Below, piece by piece: positions 12,901 to 25,200 of a stretch of 64,000 nucleotides of DNA. The stretch's first letter is position 1; every line of letters starts with the position of its first letter. Source of the stretch: Balanoglossus misakiensis (Eukaryota > Animalia > Hemichordata); assembly GCA_040954595.2 (NCBI GenBank), contig CM082582.2, positions 8,124,063 through 8,188,062 on the forward strand. Direction: 5' to 3'. The notes beneath the pieces were generated by a model. It saw only the letters and a program-made list of their open reading frames with translations. It searched no databases and was not told the origin of the DNA. The position numbers and the translations under genes are program-made.

Positions 12901-14869
12901 ACCCCCAGCTCCCCCTAAGAGCAGAACGCAGGTGCGGCTGAGGAGAAACTCGTTCCCGAACGCGGGTAGTACCGTCGGTACCTCGCACAAGCTGTCGTGT
13001 CCGTACTGCCCCCGCCTGTTCCCGTGGATCAGCTCTCTGCGGCGCCACATCCTGACGCACACGGGCGTCAAACCCTTCAAGTGCCCGCAGTGCGGCGTCT
13101 ACTTCTCCACCAAGTCCAACTGCGAGCGGCACATGCTCCGGAAGCACTGCAACAACAACTCGGCCGACGCCAGCTTCCGCAGCTACACCGAGCGGCCGTT
13201 CAAGTGTCAGATGTGCATGAGCAGCTCGTTTTCGACCAGGCAGAGGCTGCGCCGCCACTACATGATGAAGCACCCCGGAGCGCCCATCCCCGACTACGAG
13301 GGCATCGAGGACATCCAGCCAGAGGAGACACCCATCATCATCACCACCAGCGCCGACACCACAGCAGATGATGTCATACTCCCCCAAGCAAAGCAGGACG
13401 ACCTGGACGACTCCCTGAAAGAGACAGATTTTGTGGCGCTGAGCAACGAGCTCTCGAAAACGAATTCTGAAGTCATGGCGAAAGTGGTCAAAGTGGATTC
13501 TTCGGAATCTGGAATTACTGTCCAACCCGACATGAAAGTACACATCACGATGATGGATGAAGACCAGGGTGCTGATGATGAGGTGAACCCGGACCCTCTG
13601 ATTTGTAACGAATCTATTGATGACGATGATGACAACAACGAGGTTGAAGAGAAAATCGTGCACGTTGAAGAAAATCCTTGTCCAAAGGAAGAAGAAGAAA
13701 AGGAGGAGGAAGACAAAACAAAGACAGAGGAAGAAAACTTAAATGTGACCAACAAAGAGGAGGAGGAGGAGGAAGAAGCGAAATCTGAGGTATCTGCATC
13801 CCCCAACTCCAAAGGCAAGAAATCTCCCCCCAAGATTTCCTGCGAGATCTGCGGCAAGGAGTTCAAGTACAGCACCACCCTGACCCGTCACATGCGAATA
13901 CACACGCTGGCGCACCCGTTCAAGTGCACCGAGTGCACGGCCAGGTTCACCACCAAGTTCAACTGCCAGCGACACATCATCAAGATTCACGGGAAGAGCA
14001 AAGAGGAGGTGCTGTACATCCCCGAGACTCTGTCCGACGACGAAGACGCCACCAGAGCAGAAGACGTCGCTAAGTCTCCAGGGAAAGCAGATAACGGTGA
14101 CGAGTGCAAGTCCGGCGACGCGGACCCGGGCGGCATCAACTTCGTGGAGGTGAAATTCGACAAGAACGGGCAGAGCCGGCAGATTCCGGAGAATTACGGA
14201 AGCAGGAAGAAGAAGTGCGAGATCTGCCAGAAGCGCTTCTGGTCGAAGCAGGAGCTGCAGCGCCACCTGCGGACACACTCGCAGGAGAAGCCGTTTCCGT
14301 GCGACAAGTGCGATCGCTCCTTCGCCGTGAAGCACAGTCTGCTGCGCCATCTTAAATCCCATCAGGACGACGGCGTCGACGAGGAGAACAAAGCAGAGTC
14401 GGCGAAAAGCAAAGCGGGGACTCCGACGAAACGGGGAAAGAGAAAGACGCCCGTCAAGAAGGGAAGCAAGAAGGCCGAGGTGGGAAAGGCAGCTGTGGCA
14501 TCTCCGGCCGTGGATGGGCTCGATCCCGGCGTCATCATCGTGAACCCGGAATCGCCGCCGGAAACCCCAGTGGGAGACAATCAGAAGAGCAACACGCCGT
14601 GGGATGCCGACGCCACCATCCAGCCAGACGGCGACGTCTACATGACGACGGCAGCCGAGGACAGAAGCATGCTGATGCAGGCCAGCTCCGAACCCGACAT
14701 GTTCTCGGCGGCCGATGAAGACATCGCCTCTTCCATGGATAATTCCGACATAATCCAGAATCTGTTGGGGATCCACGACTCGTCGGTCATAGATCAGATG
14801 CTGGATTCAGCGGACTCCGCTGCTAAGCTTCTGGGAGTTGAAAAACAAGGCACGTTTCAAGAACTTTGA
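9917..14869 (+). CDS. RREB1: RREB1/hindsight-like zinc-finger transcription factor, large terminal coding exon (20 C2H2 fingers; spliced protein about 1882 aa from ATG 8955)
   Basis: Acceptor tttcag|AGC at 9916/9917. RREB1-type fingers SSTSSLDRHMLVHSGERPF, FTTNGNMYRHMRIH, DKSTLIRHMRTHNGERPF, FTTKANCERH, FPWISSLRRHILTHTG. Also the GFQDLGFAEFSSAKFPLIAK block, PLDFS and PMDLS CtBP motifs, and the C-terminal DIIQNLLGI. Confidence 0.95.
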   Translation, partial: SKPPGPGELDESDKGEFKCQICSKSFVSAHEFTSHIRQHNPSGTHGCKICGKKLSSTSSLDRHMLVHSGERPFKCKICRQAFTTNGNMYRHMRIHEKDNRTNDVTVANDYSVPRLKLASKRRRTLDSAESSSSPTKMMALDGDGAVEKAPGDKEKDSKEELSCPVCSKTFLCKYGLQTHMEIHPMLAQRCTVCDCAFKTPRGLRMHTLMAHKNRKVGLQPSGPAHVPVGFQDLGFAEFSSAKFPLIAKTWCEKHVRRCSSTHHRYVCRTCNKAFPCSSALDLHVATHSAVKVESPDVDDAEGNRKVLTQQDFMSALKLQPQSAPPEKLEETKEGDGKPNQYIIIIRKPSPANSGAEGQIYQMTPPAATSVKEENAFNTMKSASGSEANSEDDFADVQQILKVATSSANPMCPTSGYVNTARVQRPMPPLRRIPRMARRIIDNRVLLNPPPPPPLKCLQPKLKQELLLQEPEQLSPVMLTPENLCTQSVTPEDLRLQNSEGEGEESQGDDILTAALAGDLTDEKVKKKGNKKYACKYCNEVFPLARALKSHVRSHFGLTPYKCTMCSYSSADKSTLIRHMRTHNGERPFMCTVCEFAFTTKANCERHVRKKHAKTTKAEIDACIAYNQYLADPDGADTFHSPDTICKYCNKDFKFFRALRHHLRSHSSCREKPFHCKLCNNGFSTKNNCIRHILKRHRELSQMEVEASVMFHEPLKWANIASELEKKKGGDGIVVKEEPLDGDTPLDFSIRSSSIGSDDDIADSPMGSEGLEPMDLSLTKKENMGETEVVADPKKFLCRRIYHRYHDTQQSDVLKCPHCNLHFTKQSMFKEHVRTHNSERPFRCYYCSAAFAVKYNLEKHLEKRHQRANKKHHHTFLPTIIYPAQHKLLTKAARPITKSIQKAEGENFGVEFAAQVAAAGMSSPGTPAKKKQGGKPPSIKSPSSSMGSDCSGDLASVSKMLAATNCNNFETFLLNSPETTEKKEVKVKEESLSMSEPPAPPKSRTQVRLRRNSFPNAGSTVGTSHKLSCPYCPRLFPWISSLRRHILTHTGVKPFKCPQCGVYFSTKSNCERHMLRKHCNNNSADASFRSYTERPFKCQMCMSSSFSTRQRLRRHYMMKHPGAPIPDYEGIEDIQPEETPIIITTSADTTADDVILPQAKQDDLDDSLKETDFVALSNELSKTNSEVMAKVVKVDSSESGITVQPDMKVHITMMDEDQGADDEVNPDPLICNESIDDDDDNNEVEEKIVHVEENPCPKEEEEKEEEDKTKTEEENLNVTNKEEEEEEEAKSEVSASPNSKGKKSPPKISCEICGKEFKYSTTLTRHMRIHTLAHPFKCTECTARFTTKFNCQRHIIKIHGKSKEEVLYIPETLSDDEDATRAEDVAKSPGKADNGDECKSGDADPGGINFVEVKFDKNGQSRQIPENYGSRKKKCEICQKRFWSKQELQRHLRTHSQEKPFPCDKCDRSFAVKHSLLRHLKSHQDDGVDEENKAESAKSKAGTPTKRGKRKTPVKKGSKKAEVGKAAVASPAVDGLDPGVIIVNPESPPETPVGDNQKSNTPWDADATIQPDGDVYMTTAAEDRSMLMQASSEPDMFSAADEDIASSMDNSDIIQNLLGIHDSSVIDQMLDSADSAAKLLGVEKQGTFQEL

Positions 14870-16190
14870 ACATTAAAGGCAGACTGAATAATATATAGAC
14901 AGGACTTAAACAACTTGTCACAAACAATACAAGTCAACATTATTGTCTCTGTGATACCTCTCTTTGTTTTGACGTCCGTGATGTCAATGACTGATAAAAT
15001 GATCCCAGACAAACGCTGTCAACCTCACAATTAAACTCAGTCAGTTGAACTTAGAACTCAGAGAATATTTATTGCATACTTTTACTCAGTTTTTTTTTTA
15101 ACTTGTAGATATGAAAGAGCAATTCTAGTCATTAGCAATAATACTAACCCTAATTAATTGATATGCACAGTGATTATAATATGCAGATTGCAATTCAAAA
15201 ACTAATTATGCACATAAATTATGCAACAGTCCAGTGTACATAATTTCAAAGGACTGTGGCTGAATACACTTGAAATTTGCGTAGAATCGGATCGTATGTA
15301 TGCAAAAATAATCAAGTTATGACAGGTTCATGAATGATTAATGCAATAAAAAAAAGAAACTTAGCAGCCTAAAAGCTGATCTCCGGGGGCAGCATCCATT
15401 GGTGTTTGGCAGCACAGGCCGTACACCCCTAATAAGAAGTGGTACCTACCCATTTTTTCTGTCAAATCAGTTCAATTCTCGCCTTTGATCAACCAATTGT
15501 GTTGACTATGCAAATTTTTGTAAAAAGATCAGCCGAGACCAATTAATGATCACAAATCTATGCAAACTATAATTTTTGTTCAATTTTCATTGTAATACAA
15601 AATGTGTGATGACTTTTCTTTAAATCTGTGAAATTATGCAATTTGTTAAGGGTAGGATTTTTATGCATGATTTGTCCAACACTTTTTTTCAAGTTTTCTT
15701 GCGTTTTTTTTTCTGTTACTGAGGCTTGTTTGGAGGAGTTTTTTTTCTCAGAAATTACATGTTTGAGTCGGAATACTTATATAGTGTGGCTGTCTAACAT
15801 GCAGCGTTAAAAAAGACTCAATTTCAAGATCAGTATGGCAGCATTGAATTAGTACTGCCATATCTGTGTGGATGTGCATTTACTGTGAATTTGCTTTTGA
15901 AATCTCCCTGTCTGCTGTACAAAGGATAGCGGAGAGAAGAAATATTGATTTTTTTTCTCCAGAGAGATAATGGAGTGTGTAGTTTTGGTCAAATTACTGA
16001 AATACCAATTTTTCTATGGGGAATGATGATTCATCTATATATATGTTGCATGTTCCTCTTGGCAAAGATTTTTTTTGTTTGAATGCACTATTGGCTGATT
16101 TGCGTGACAGCAAAGAAGGATTTTTTTTTACATGACATGAAAGTGGAATGCCTAAATGGAAGTTCGCTATTTTCTGTTCAAAACACAAGT

Positions 16191-16283
16191 TTAGCCCTTT
16201 CACCACCATGGTTTGGTCCAAATCCATTGTTTTCTATGGTAAAACTGGACCTCTGTAGAGAGACTAGGGGGTGAAAGGGTTAA
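16191..16283 (+). mobile_element. piggyBac-like MITE (about 85 bp) in the RREB1 3' UTR
   Basis: TTAG-CCCTTTCACC...GGTGAAAGGG-TTAA terminal inverted repeats. A close copy lies at 24074-24167. Confidence 0.75.
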
Positions 16284-17358
16284 GCCTAATATCCCAATTT
16301 AGCTGACTTCGGGTCACCTATTTCAGTAGAGTGTGAAGCTTTGGACAACTGCCACCAAAACAGCTGAGTTACACAAAACATTATTGGACATTTCCAGGAG
16401 ACTGAGTCTATTTGCTGGCTATTGTCCAATCAGGCAGTGTCTTTTATTTCAGTGGAGACCAACATCAGTCAATGCTCTATGCAGAACTATAATTTGTTGA
16501 TAAAACATTACTGTGTATGCTACTAGTGTATTCATTTCATATTTTTTTTAATCGGACATAGATTGATTCATTTCTGTGTTACTTCAAAGGCCAAAACAAT
16601 GAAGTTTCTCATTTTTCATCTCTCTGTATTCTTGATATGCATCCTGAGACAATTTTCTTCAAATGTGGTCACAAAAGAATTCTGCGTATCGTAAAATTTC
16701 TGGCACAGAGAAAATGAACAGTTGCACCCTCGTGTCTTTAAGGCCAACCGAGGATGAGAAATTGAGATTATTTTTTTTAAATCTCAGATGACAGCTGTCA
16801 CTTATAACGGCCTGCTACAAACATTCCTATATAGCCTGTGAACAATTATGGAATTCACATCAAATATTCAGGACAAACCGCACTTGCCTTCAACTTTCTA
16901 GCTTTCTACGTTTCTTGTTGGTGACAGTACAGAGGCGTGTTTCAGAAGTTGTACGAGACTATAAGTGGCTTCTCAGTGTGTGAAGCATGCAGTGTGTTGG
17001 CCACGGCGATTTACTGGGTTGTGCCGCGCACAAATTCCGACGTGTCAGATTCTAAGCTGCTTGGAAAGTTCTCGTGATTCACCACGTGGCAGAAATTGTT
17101 GTAGATGGATCCCAGAGTGAAAACATTTATGCAAAAACGGTTCTGTTTTCATGATAAGAAAACTATAGAGAGAAACGACCAGCAGCAGAGAAACTGACAC
17201 TGACCTTACAACTTTTCTTTGTGGAATTCATTTTTTTCAGGTGTGTTTTATCTCAGGATTTGTGTAGGTAGTCATGTATCCCTGTTTTTCTATCTTCATC
17301 AAGTGATCTATTTGGAGGATGTGGGGTTTTATTTTTGAATGAATTTTTTTTGATAAAG

Positions 17359-17364
17359 AATAAA
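17359..17364 (+). terminator. Probable RREB1 polyadenylation signal (3' UTR about 2.5 kb)
   Basis: AATAAA followed by a GT/T-rich element (gttgcgtgtgtgagtgtgtttttc). An alternative AATAAA lies near 15345. Confidence 0.5.
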
Positions 17365-18159
17365 TCTCTAAAGGAAAAAGTTGCGTGTGTGAGTGTGTTT
17401 TTCATAATATTTGTCTGTTATAGACAATGAGAAAGATGATCTGAAACAAAAGTTTTGCGTTCTGAAAAAGGTCTAAAATTGATTCATAAATGTTTTGCAT
17501 TACCAATGAACATTGAACTGGTTGCCGTTTATAGAGGTGTTATAGATGAGAAACTTTTTTTGGCCTTGCACGTCAAGAATTCAAAGGGTAAACTGAAGAG
17601 CGCCATCACTGACAGAACTAAAAAATTAGACGGGGAAATGTAAAATGGCCGTTGGCGACGCCATAATAGCCTGTAGGCAACGATGTAGACGAGAAGAAAA
17701 TAATTCTTCACAAATGTAAAACATTTCTCATTATATTCACTTTGCTGACGATTTCAATAATTGTCACTCGTCCAGTGAAGTCAGAGATTTGGTGTCTTAT
17801 CAGGTAATGATGATCATGTTCCTAGTAGAGAGGGCATTTTTGATACTGTAATATCCTCTCCACAATGAATCCACAGCCCCCAGGCCGAAAAAAATGACCA
17901 GTCCCTAATATATAATAAATATCTTGCAGTTGCCTCTTTTGATGTTGCGAAAAATTCCTGTTGCGAAAATGTCCCGGTTTAATTACAGTACTTTACTGGG
18001 TGGGGAAAAATGGATGGACGGAGCGTGTATATTAAAACTAATTTTCAAATATAAAGTCTGGTCTCATCACATCAAATAAAGAAGTGTAAAAGTAATACAA
18101 AATTTGAATGCTTTAGTGATTTGGAGAAAGTGCACATATATGACAATAGGGAAGGACCA

Positions 18160-18370
18160 TGTCGGTCAGAGGCACCTGTACGGTACGGACACGATACGAC
18201 AGTACGTCGCACTCCGTCGCAGCGCGTAACGCAGTGATTGAGAAAAGCGCCCTCTAACGACGTATCTCCAGTTGTACATTTCATTCAGCGCGACGACGCG
18301 CTCACCGGGGCAACAGGTAAGGTCACGTGGTTACACAAACAAGCACCCATTCAATTTCAACATGGCGTCA
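18160..18370 (+). promoter_or_regulatory. CpG-rich promoter of the uncharacterised gene
   Basis: Local CpG enrichment, E-box GTCACGTGG (about 18322) and YY1-like AACATGGCG (about 18359), about 150-350 bp upstream of ATG 18519. Confidence 0.55.
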
Positions 18371-18518
18371 AGTTGAAAACTTTTGCAACCGATATACTTG
18401 TGCACATCTATAGTAAAGTTATGTAGTTCACAACTGAAGACAAGTGCCTGCCTTTTAAATCAGTAATACCTTCGAGGAACAGCGGAGGTCTACGTTTCCC
18501 AACCAAAAGTAACCGAAT

Positions 18519-19208
18519 ATGGGTAAGTTTTTTTCTTTATTTTGAGATTTCGTTGGCCGTGAACCGTCAGTCCGCACACAGTGGAGTAGCCTGATGTTCA
18601 GTAGGTGGTCGTGTACGTGTACGGATGTTTGGCATGACGTTTATACGGGTCACAGTACACAATACGTCGATCTGCAGTCGGACCAGGTGTAATTTATGTT
18701 GTGTACCTTCGGTAAATGTTTCAGCGTTAAAAACATCACAGAGCCCAACACAGGAAATAAACCACGCTTGTCGTGAAATCCCGTTTGATATAGCGCGACC
18801 AAATAAAAAGCCCAGTAGCTGGACGCGTCGTGACATTGCCGTGTTTCCATAGCAATCAAATCTCTTGTTTTTACTTGTGAAAGTGTCATAATTCAGTTCA
18901 CAGCGTGATTTTACAGGGTTTATCGCAGTTGTATCGTTCTTTCACAAACCACCGTGTAGGTTTCAGTTGCACCGCCAGTTACATTATATTGTTTTGGAGT
19001 GAAATGGTGCGAAACTGTACGAGAATCAAGAGACAATAATAATGTCGCCAAGAGATGCAACAGGTAGTTTTAAAAATGTAGGAACGCCTCAATACGTATG
19101 GTGAGATAAAATGACTCCGTGTCTATTTGATCAGCAAGCTATAAACAACATACAGCAACACAGAGATAGATAGATAGTTGTATAGATAGACAGACAGGCA
19201 GACAGACC

Positions 19209-19276
<68 letters not shown>

Positions 19277-22200
19277 TGTAAAATTTACTGTGCTGCATGT
19301 AGTTGACCTTATAGTCAAGAAAACTCCAACAAACAGAAATCTGTCAAAGAATGCTATTATATATTTATGCAGGAAATGTAGGTAGCCAACAACCATTTTC
19401 CTGTGACAAAGAAACAAAGTGACTTTGCGGACCCCTGAATTACTCGTCTGATAAAAAATTCAGTAACTTCAGAATAATTCATAACATTGCAACCATCGAT
19501 CCTAAGCTTTTACTTCAGTCAACACAACTGGCAGTTGGCTTGTAGAGTTTAGATGGTGTGGTGCTACTCGCTGTAGCTTGGATGCATTCAGAATGTCTGC
19601 CAATACAAAATATTTTTTAAAACACTCTGAACTGATACCGAACATATATTTTTATGAACCCGACAGACACTTGCGTAAGTATTTTGGTGAAGAGATGCCA
19701 ACAGAAGTCTGTGACTGTATATTTGAACTGTTTACTTTTTTGTCATATTTACTTACCTACTTTTGTGTGAATGACATGACTTTTTTATTTTATTTTCCAG
19801 CGGACCTACATCCAACGGAGCGCCTCTTTCGGAAGGTTGTGAAACCCAGTCTTGGAATACTAAACATTGACAGTCATACCAGCAGACACAGAATTCGCTT
19901 GCATTCTTCAATTCAACCTCGCATGCATGGACAATTATATACACTGAAAAATAGACCCAGGACAGAGCCGTCCGATGCAATAGTTCAAACTTTCCCCAGG
20001 ATAACAGATGCCCTTGTTGGATCGCCAGAATTTTCTACCAATTTTGTATACTCGGTAAGTTTTTATCTGTTTTTCTGCTGGAAGGGTCATGCCTAACAAT
20101 CTTCTTAAAAATAATTACATCCGACAGGGAAAAAAATGACAAAATTCTTCAGACTGACTTGAAAAGCAACACTAGTAAGTAATAGAAAAAATATGTGTTA
20201 TCAAAGGAAAAAATCATGGTGAGAAAAAAAGTAGTGATGGAGGTTTAACTAGTTGGGACTATTTTTACCAGTAATCAGGTTTCAGCGGGCCTCAGGCAAG
20301 ATTCTCATAAATAAATAACTTTTCTGCTCGATAGCATCCAGACTGGTCAGCGCTGACAGGATTATATAGACCATGAAATGCATTCATGCAAAAACATGCT
20401 GGCAAGCTTTTCAACATTGCTGGGCAATCATGTTGGAGTTTTATGCGTCTTAAGTTCTCCCAAGGGATGTGTAGACGTTTTAGTTAAAGTCCACACCATC
20501 AAATACTAGTATGTTACACAAGTAAGATCTTAATCAATAGGGTTTTTGGTGGAAAAACATCATTAATTTGTAATTGTTTAACTTTTTGTGAAAGAATTCA
20601 CCCCCACAGTTTGCTACAGGTTGGTTGCATCTTCATTGTTTTGCATGATTTATAATAATTGAAAGGGCAAATATTACATGTTTTATTGTAAAAGATATCG
20701 TATTGGTATTGTATTGTGATCATCTAAATCTGAAGGATGTATTTCAAAGAAGATTGCAGACTCTCTAACTGTCGATAAGGAATGATAATCCATTTGTCAA
20801 TATAAAGATGTCACAAGGAACTGTAGAACTGTTGTTGTTTATCTAGATGACTAACTCTGTACCACTTAAAACATGTGTAGACAAGACAGTCAATATTGTG
20901 CAAATGTAGTGGGCATTTTACGTTCTGGAGAGAGAACAAAATAAATACTGCAGCACCCATTATACTAATATTGATTGGCCTGTTTTACTTGGCGTTCACC
21001 TGCTTTGACTACAGTCTTTTATTACACATTCATTGTGCATGAATCCAAGGCAAGCAATAAATAGAACCTTTCTTCTCAGAGAAAATAATATTGTTTTAAT
21101 ATTTCCATGAAATGTGGAACATTGCAATCAAAGTATTGGAATTCAATATTTTGAAGAACCAGATTTTATTGAAGCTTTAGAAGTTGTAAAAAACAGGATC
21201 ATAAATAATGTCGTTTCACAATTCAGCAAGTTATTCTTTCAAACAAATGTTTTTTCCTCATTGATTTAAGATGTATTATTCATACTAGGTGCAATCCATC
21301 AAGTATTAAGTCGATGTACAGTTTCAAAGCCATCTTCCATGTTGAATATTTCTATCAAATAACCCAATCCATGCCTGGTGTGTTTTGTTGTCCAAGGGAA
21401 TGAAAAATGTTAAAATGACCTCATGACCACAGATTTCATCATATAAAGCACCGCAGCACAGTTGTTCAAACCACCAGATCTCTTTATCTCGGACTGTAAA
21501 AATAATAAATAGGATCTTAATTGTTTCCATTTACAAAGCGCTTTGAAAAAACATGAAACGTGAAGGCGTCAATTGTGATTTTCAGAACACTTTGGTCCCT
21601 GTGACCTTAACATGTCGTACTTGATACATTTTACCGTGACAAAAGTCCCATAATGGGTTACCAATGTCATCCTTGAGTATTCAAAATACAAGGCATATCT
21701 GTGTTACTTGAACGACTTAAGTATTGTTGGCACTTTGTCCCTGCAGAAGGAATGTTTTGTTTCTTAATTGCAGTGGAAGACCTTGAAATGCTCCATTTCT
21801 TCTAACAATCCAGCAACCACCTGTTGAATACCATACTTGTGTTTTTAAATTTGTCACAGGATATCAGAATTTGATCTCTCTGTATTCTTAACATGAATTG
21901 AATGAACAGATACAGTTAATTATTGTAGGGTTGTTAATCACCATGGAGGGAATAATATTGACAACTCTTGATAACAATCTGTTGTATAGAATTTGAGAAT
22001 GTGTAATGATTTCAGTGAACTGTATTGGCTGTCAGTTCCTGCTTCACCTGACAATGCCAATACTTTGACGTTAATTACCCAGCAAAGATCAGTAGCGGGG
22101 ATGTATCCAGGGAAAAGGCATTGCATAATCATTAGCACATTGTACCTATAGCGGTGTCTTAGATACAGTGTAGAGCCCCACTCTATAGAGAGACAGGTTT

Positions 22201-25200
22201 TAATTAATGGCCTCTCATGCACTGAACGTGGTCAATACAAACCGTTGCTATGGAAATATCAATATCTGAATTCTTCCATTTGCAAAGCATGCTGATTGTG
22301 TGGTGACGTCAGTGCTAGACTGATACTATGACTGAAAATCGACAATTGAATTGGAATAATGAAAGAGTTTATAGTAAATTTATATACTGATCTGTGATCA
22401 AAGAAAATGTCCCTGTATGTGTGTGTGTGTACAAGCACATACCAACATGAAAATCTGCAGTGAAATAGCAAGGTGTGTTGATGGTTCATTCCTAATTAGT
22501 TGGTTCATTACCATTGTTTTCAATGCTATTATAGATGGCCCAGTAAGCAGGGAAATAGACGTGAAAGGATTTTAGTGTGTTCCTCAAGCAAGTGTGGTAG
22601 CTGACGTAAACAACCAGCTACTTTGCTTTTTCTGTTGGGCTACCTTTTCGCAATGTGTGCGAAAATTGCAACTTGAATCTTAAAATTGTGAAGGATCAAA
22701 AAATGAAATGAAGTCTTGAAAGTTTGCATTGCATGCATGAAAGAAAACAGGGCATATGGGATTGTGCAAAAAGCATGTGATTTGAAAAGTAATTATTTAA
22801 TCACATATTGTCAAGAATAATATGAATTCACCCACTGACCCAAAACATTCCTTTGCTGTGGCTTTGATCTCAACAATGACCATATAGACTTGGAAAACAT
22901 TTCAACCAAGCCATCAATTATTCAGCCTTCCTTCCCATGTCATATGCTGCACCTGCCTGCAGTTTGTTCATCTCCCTAAACTTTAATATTAAACTTGCAA
23001 TTTTGCCGACCTGTTCTTGTAATAAGTCCATTTGCCAGAATTTAAAAATCATTGACAAAAATCAACTAGTAAAACACATATACAAATTGAGTGAAATGGG
23101 GAAGGTGCTTCAGGCATTTTGTTCACATCACCTAGCAACAAATTAAACTTCTTGAATATTGGGTTTCATTTCGTGAGGAATTAATGTAATTACAGAGCAA
23201 TTTAACTTCATCTCACAGGAAATTATTACCACCATCAAACCAGACATTATTACTGTTTCACATTACACATGTTACAAAATGGGGCTTGATTTATAGGAAA
23301 ACGAAAATTACAGGAAAATGGAAACAAGACATTCCTTTCCAGACATAAAAATCAATGAAAGGTTTAAACTATGTAAGTCATATAACTTGAGGGGAAAAAA
23401 TTGCAAATTGTTGATTTCAATATTTTTGGAAGGAAGAGGTTAAAATTTGTAGTGTAGCAAAAATTTGTAATAATTCACTTTTTTTTAAAGGGACACAAGT
23501 TAATTGCTACAATTTGTTGTCCAGTTAGTATTTGATAGTTCATGCATTTCCATGAGGTACATTTAGGTGTAAGCGACATGTCAGAAACCCTGTTGGTTCC
23601 TCCAGGCAAATTAGCGAGCTATTACCTTCAGACTTCTGCACCAGACTTTAATTCTGTTGTAAATACAGGAAGAAAGTATGCAGGAATTCAGAGCTGCTTC
23701 ACGCCTGGAGACTGACACGCAAATGCAATAATCACTAAATGTCAGACATGATTTGAAATGAAAGGCTGGAATGTGGAATACCCTCCACACATGAATAACT
23801 TCTGTGATCGAATACTACATACATGCAAAAAATCTTTACAATCTTGTAATCGTCATTGTAGGAAAATCAGGTGATTAAGTTCTCAGTGTCTTGATTTTTC
23901 CATTCATATCAAGACTATGGTTTTTGCACCTTTGTCTTCCATTGTGCGACCGCCGATGGCATTTTAGTGACAATCTGGATTTAACATTAATAATTAATCA
24001 TCACTTCTGTAGTGTTGAAAGCTACACCTGTGAGTTGAACAGTGGTCTGGAATGTGTGGTTTTGCTGCTGGGATTAACCCTTTCACCACCATGGTTTAGT
24101 CCAAAACCATTGTTTCGTATGGTAACGTTGGATCTCTAAAAGAGGGAACTAGGGGTGAAAGGGTTAATGTCCAGGCACCTGCCTTGGCCAATGTTATCGT
24201 CACCAATTTTGTCTGTTATGGGATGGATATTTTTGAAATCGACACTTCTTGTCATTGAAGTTGGCCTCATCATCCCAACTTACAAAATAACACTGGCTTG
24301 GTGAATGTCTATATTATAGCATGTTTGAACTTCAACCATTGCTTGAAGTGTAAATTATTATGCACTGAACATTGCTAGAGTGTTTAAAAATTTCCCAGCT
24401 ATTGAATAATTCCACAGTGACACAAATCCATGAACTTTAACCATGCTGATTTATTTTGTGAACCTTGGCAGCAGCATTGTGTTCAAGTGGCATATTATCA
24501 CGCCACACTCTATATTCGGCACATTTTGCATAATTTACAGACTCGTAAGTGGCACCCTAGTTCATGTGGCTTGACAACTCTGTTATTCCACGCGCCACTA
24601 GTCTGCACTTGACTTGCACAATTTGAATGTTAAATTGCCGACACCTGTTGATTTTGATCAAGGGTATAGATAAAAAGTATGTCATTGTACAATGTGATTT
24701 CCTAATTCAAATACTTATCCCATCATTATTTGCTGATGATGTAATTTTACATTTAAAATGAAATATTGAATTTGTATATGCTTTCTTGACCAACCCGAAT
24801 AACGTTATCTCTGCTAAAAGATTATTACACTCTTTGTTCCCTTTACTTTTGAAAAAGATATGTATGTTTGAACGTCGGAAAAAGGTGAAAAATTACAATG
24901 ATTTTCACTATTCTGAAGAATGTCTGATCGCCAAGCTGTATTCTAAGGAATACAGTAGTTGTAAGTTGTCAGGCTGCAGTGGTCTGCATAAGGTTTTATC
25001 TTTCGGTGTCACAAATGTTTTGCAAGGAGTGAAGACCAGCAGTGAAAAATAACTGTCTGCTTTACACTCGGATGAGTGGTTCTTTAATGTGGATTCTTCC
25101 AAGTGCAAACTTGGATATCGGGCCGAACCCCCATCAAGACAACTATGTACTTTTGTCTGACCTCACCTCTCATTGTAATGGAATGATCACCACAGGCACG

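Noticed and set aside
11312-13663. 783-aa antisense ORF and other long overlapping ORFs (9878-10465, 13739-14776, etc.) within RREB1
   Set aside because: These are shadow frames of a GC3-rich coding exon, where stops are depleted on the opposite strand. The composition mirrors the sense codons and there is no independent motif.
19139-19417. 92-aa ORF with YLSI/CLSV repeats
   Set aside because: Translation of the GATA/GACA microsatellite.
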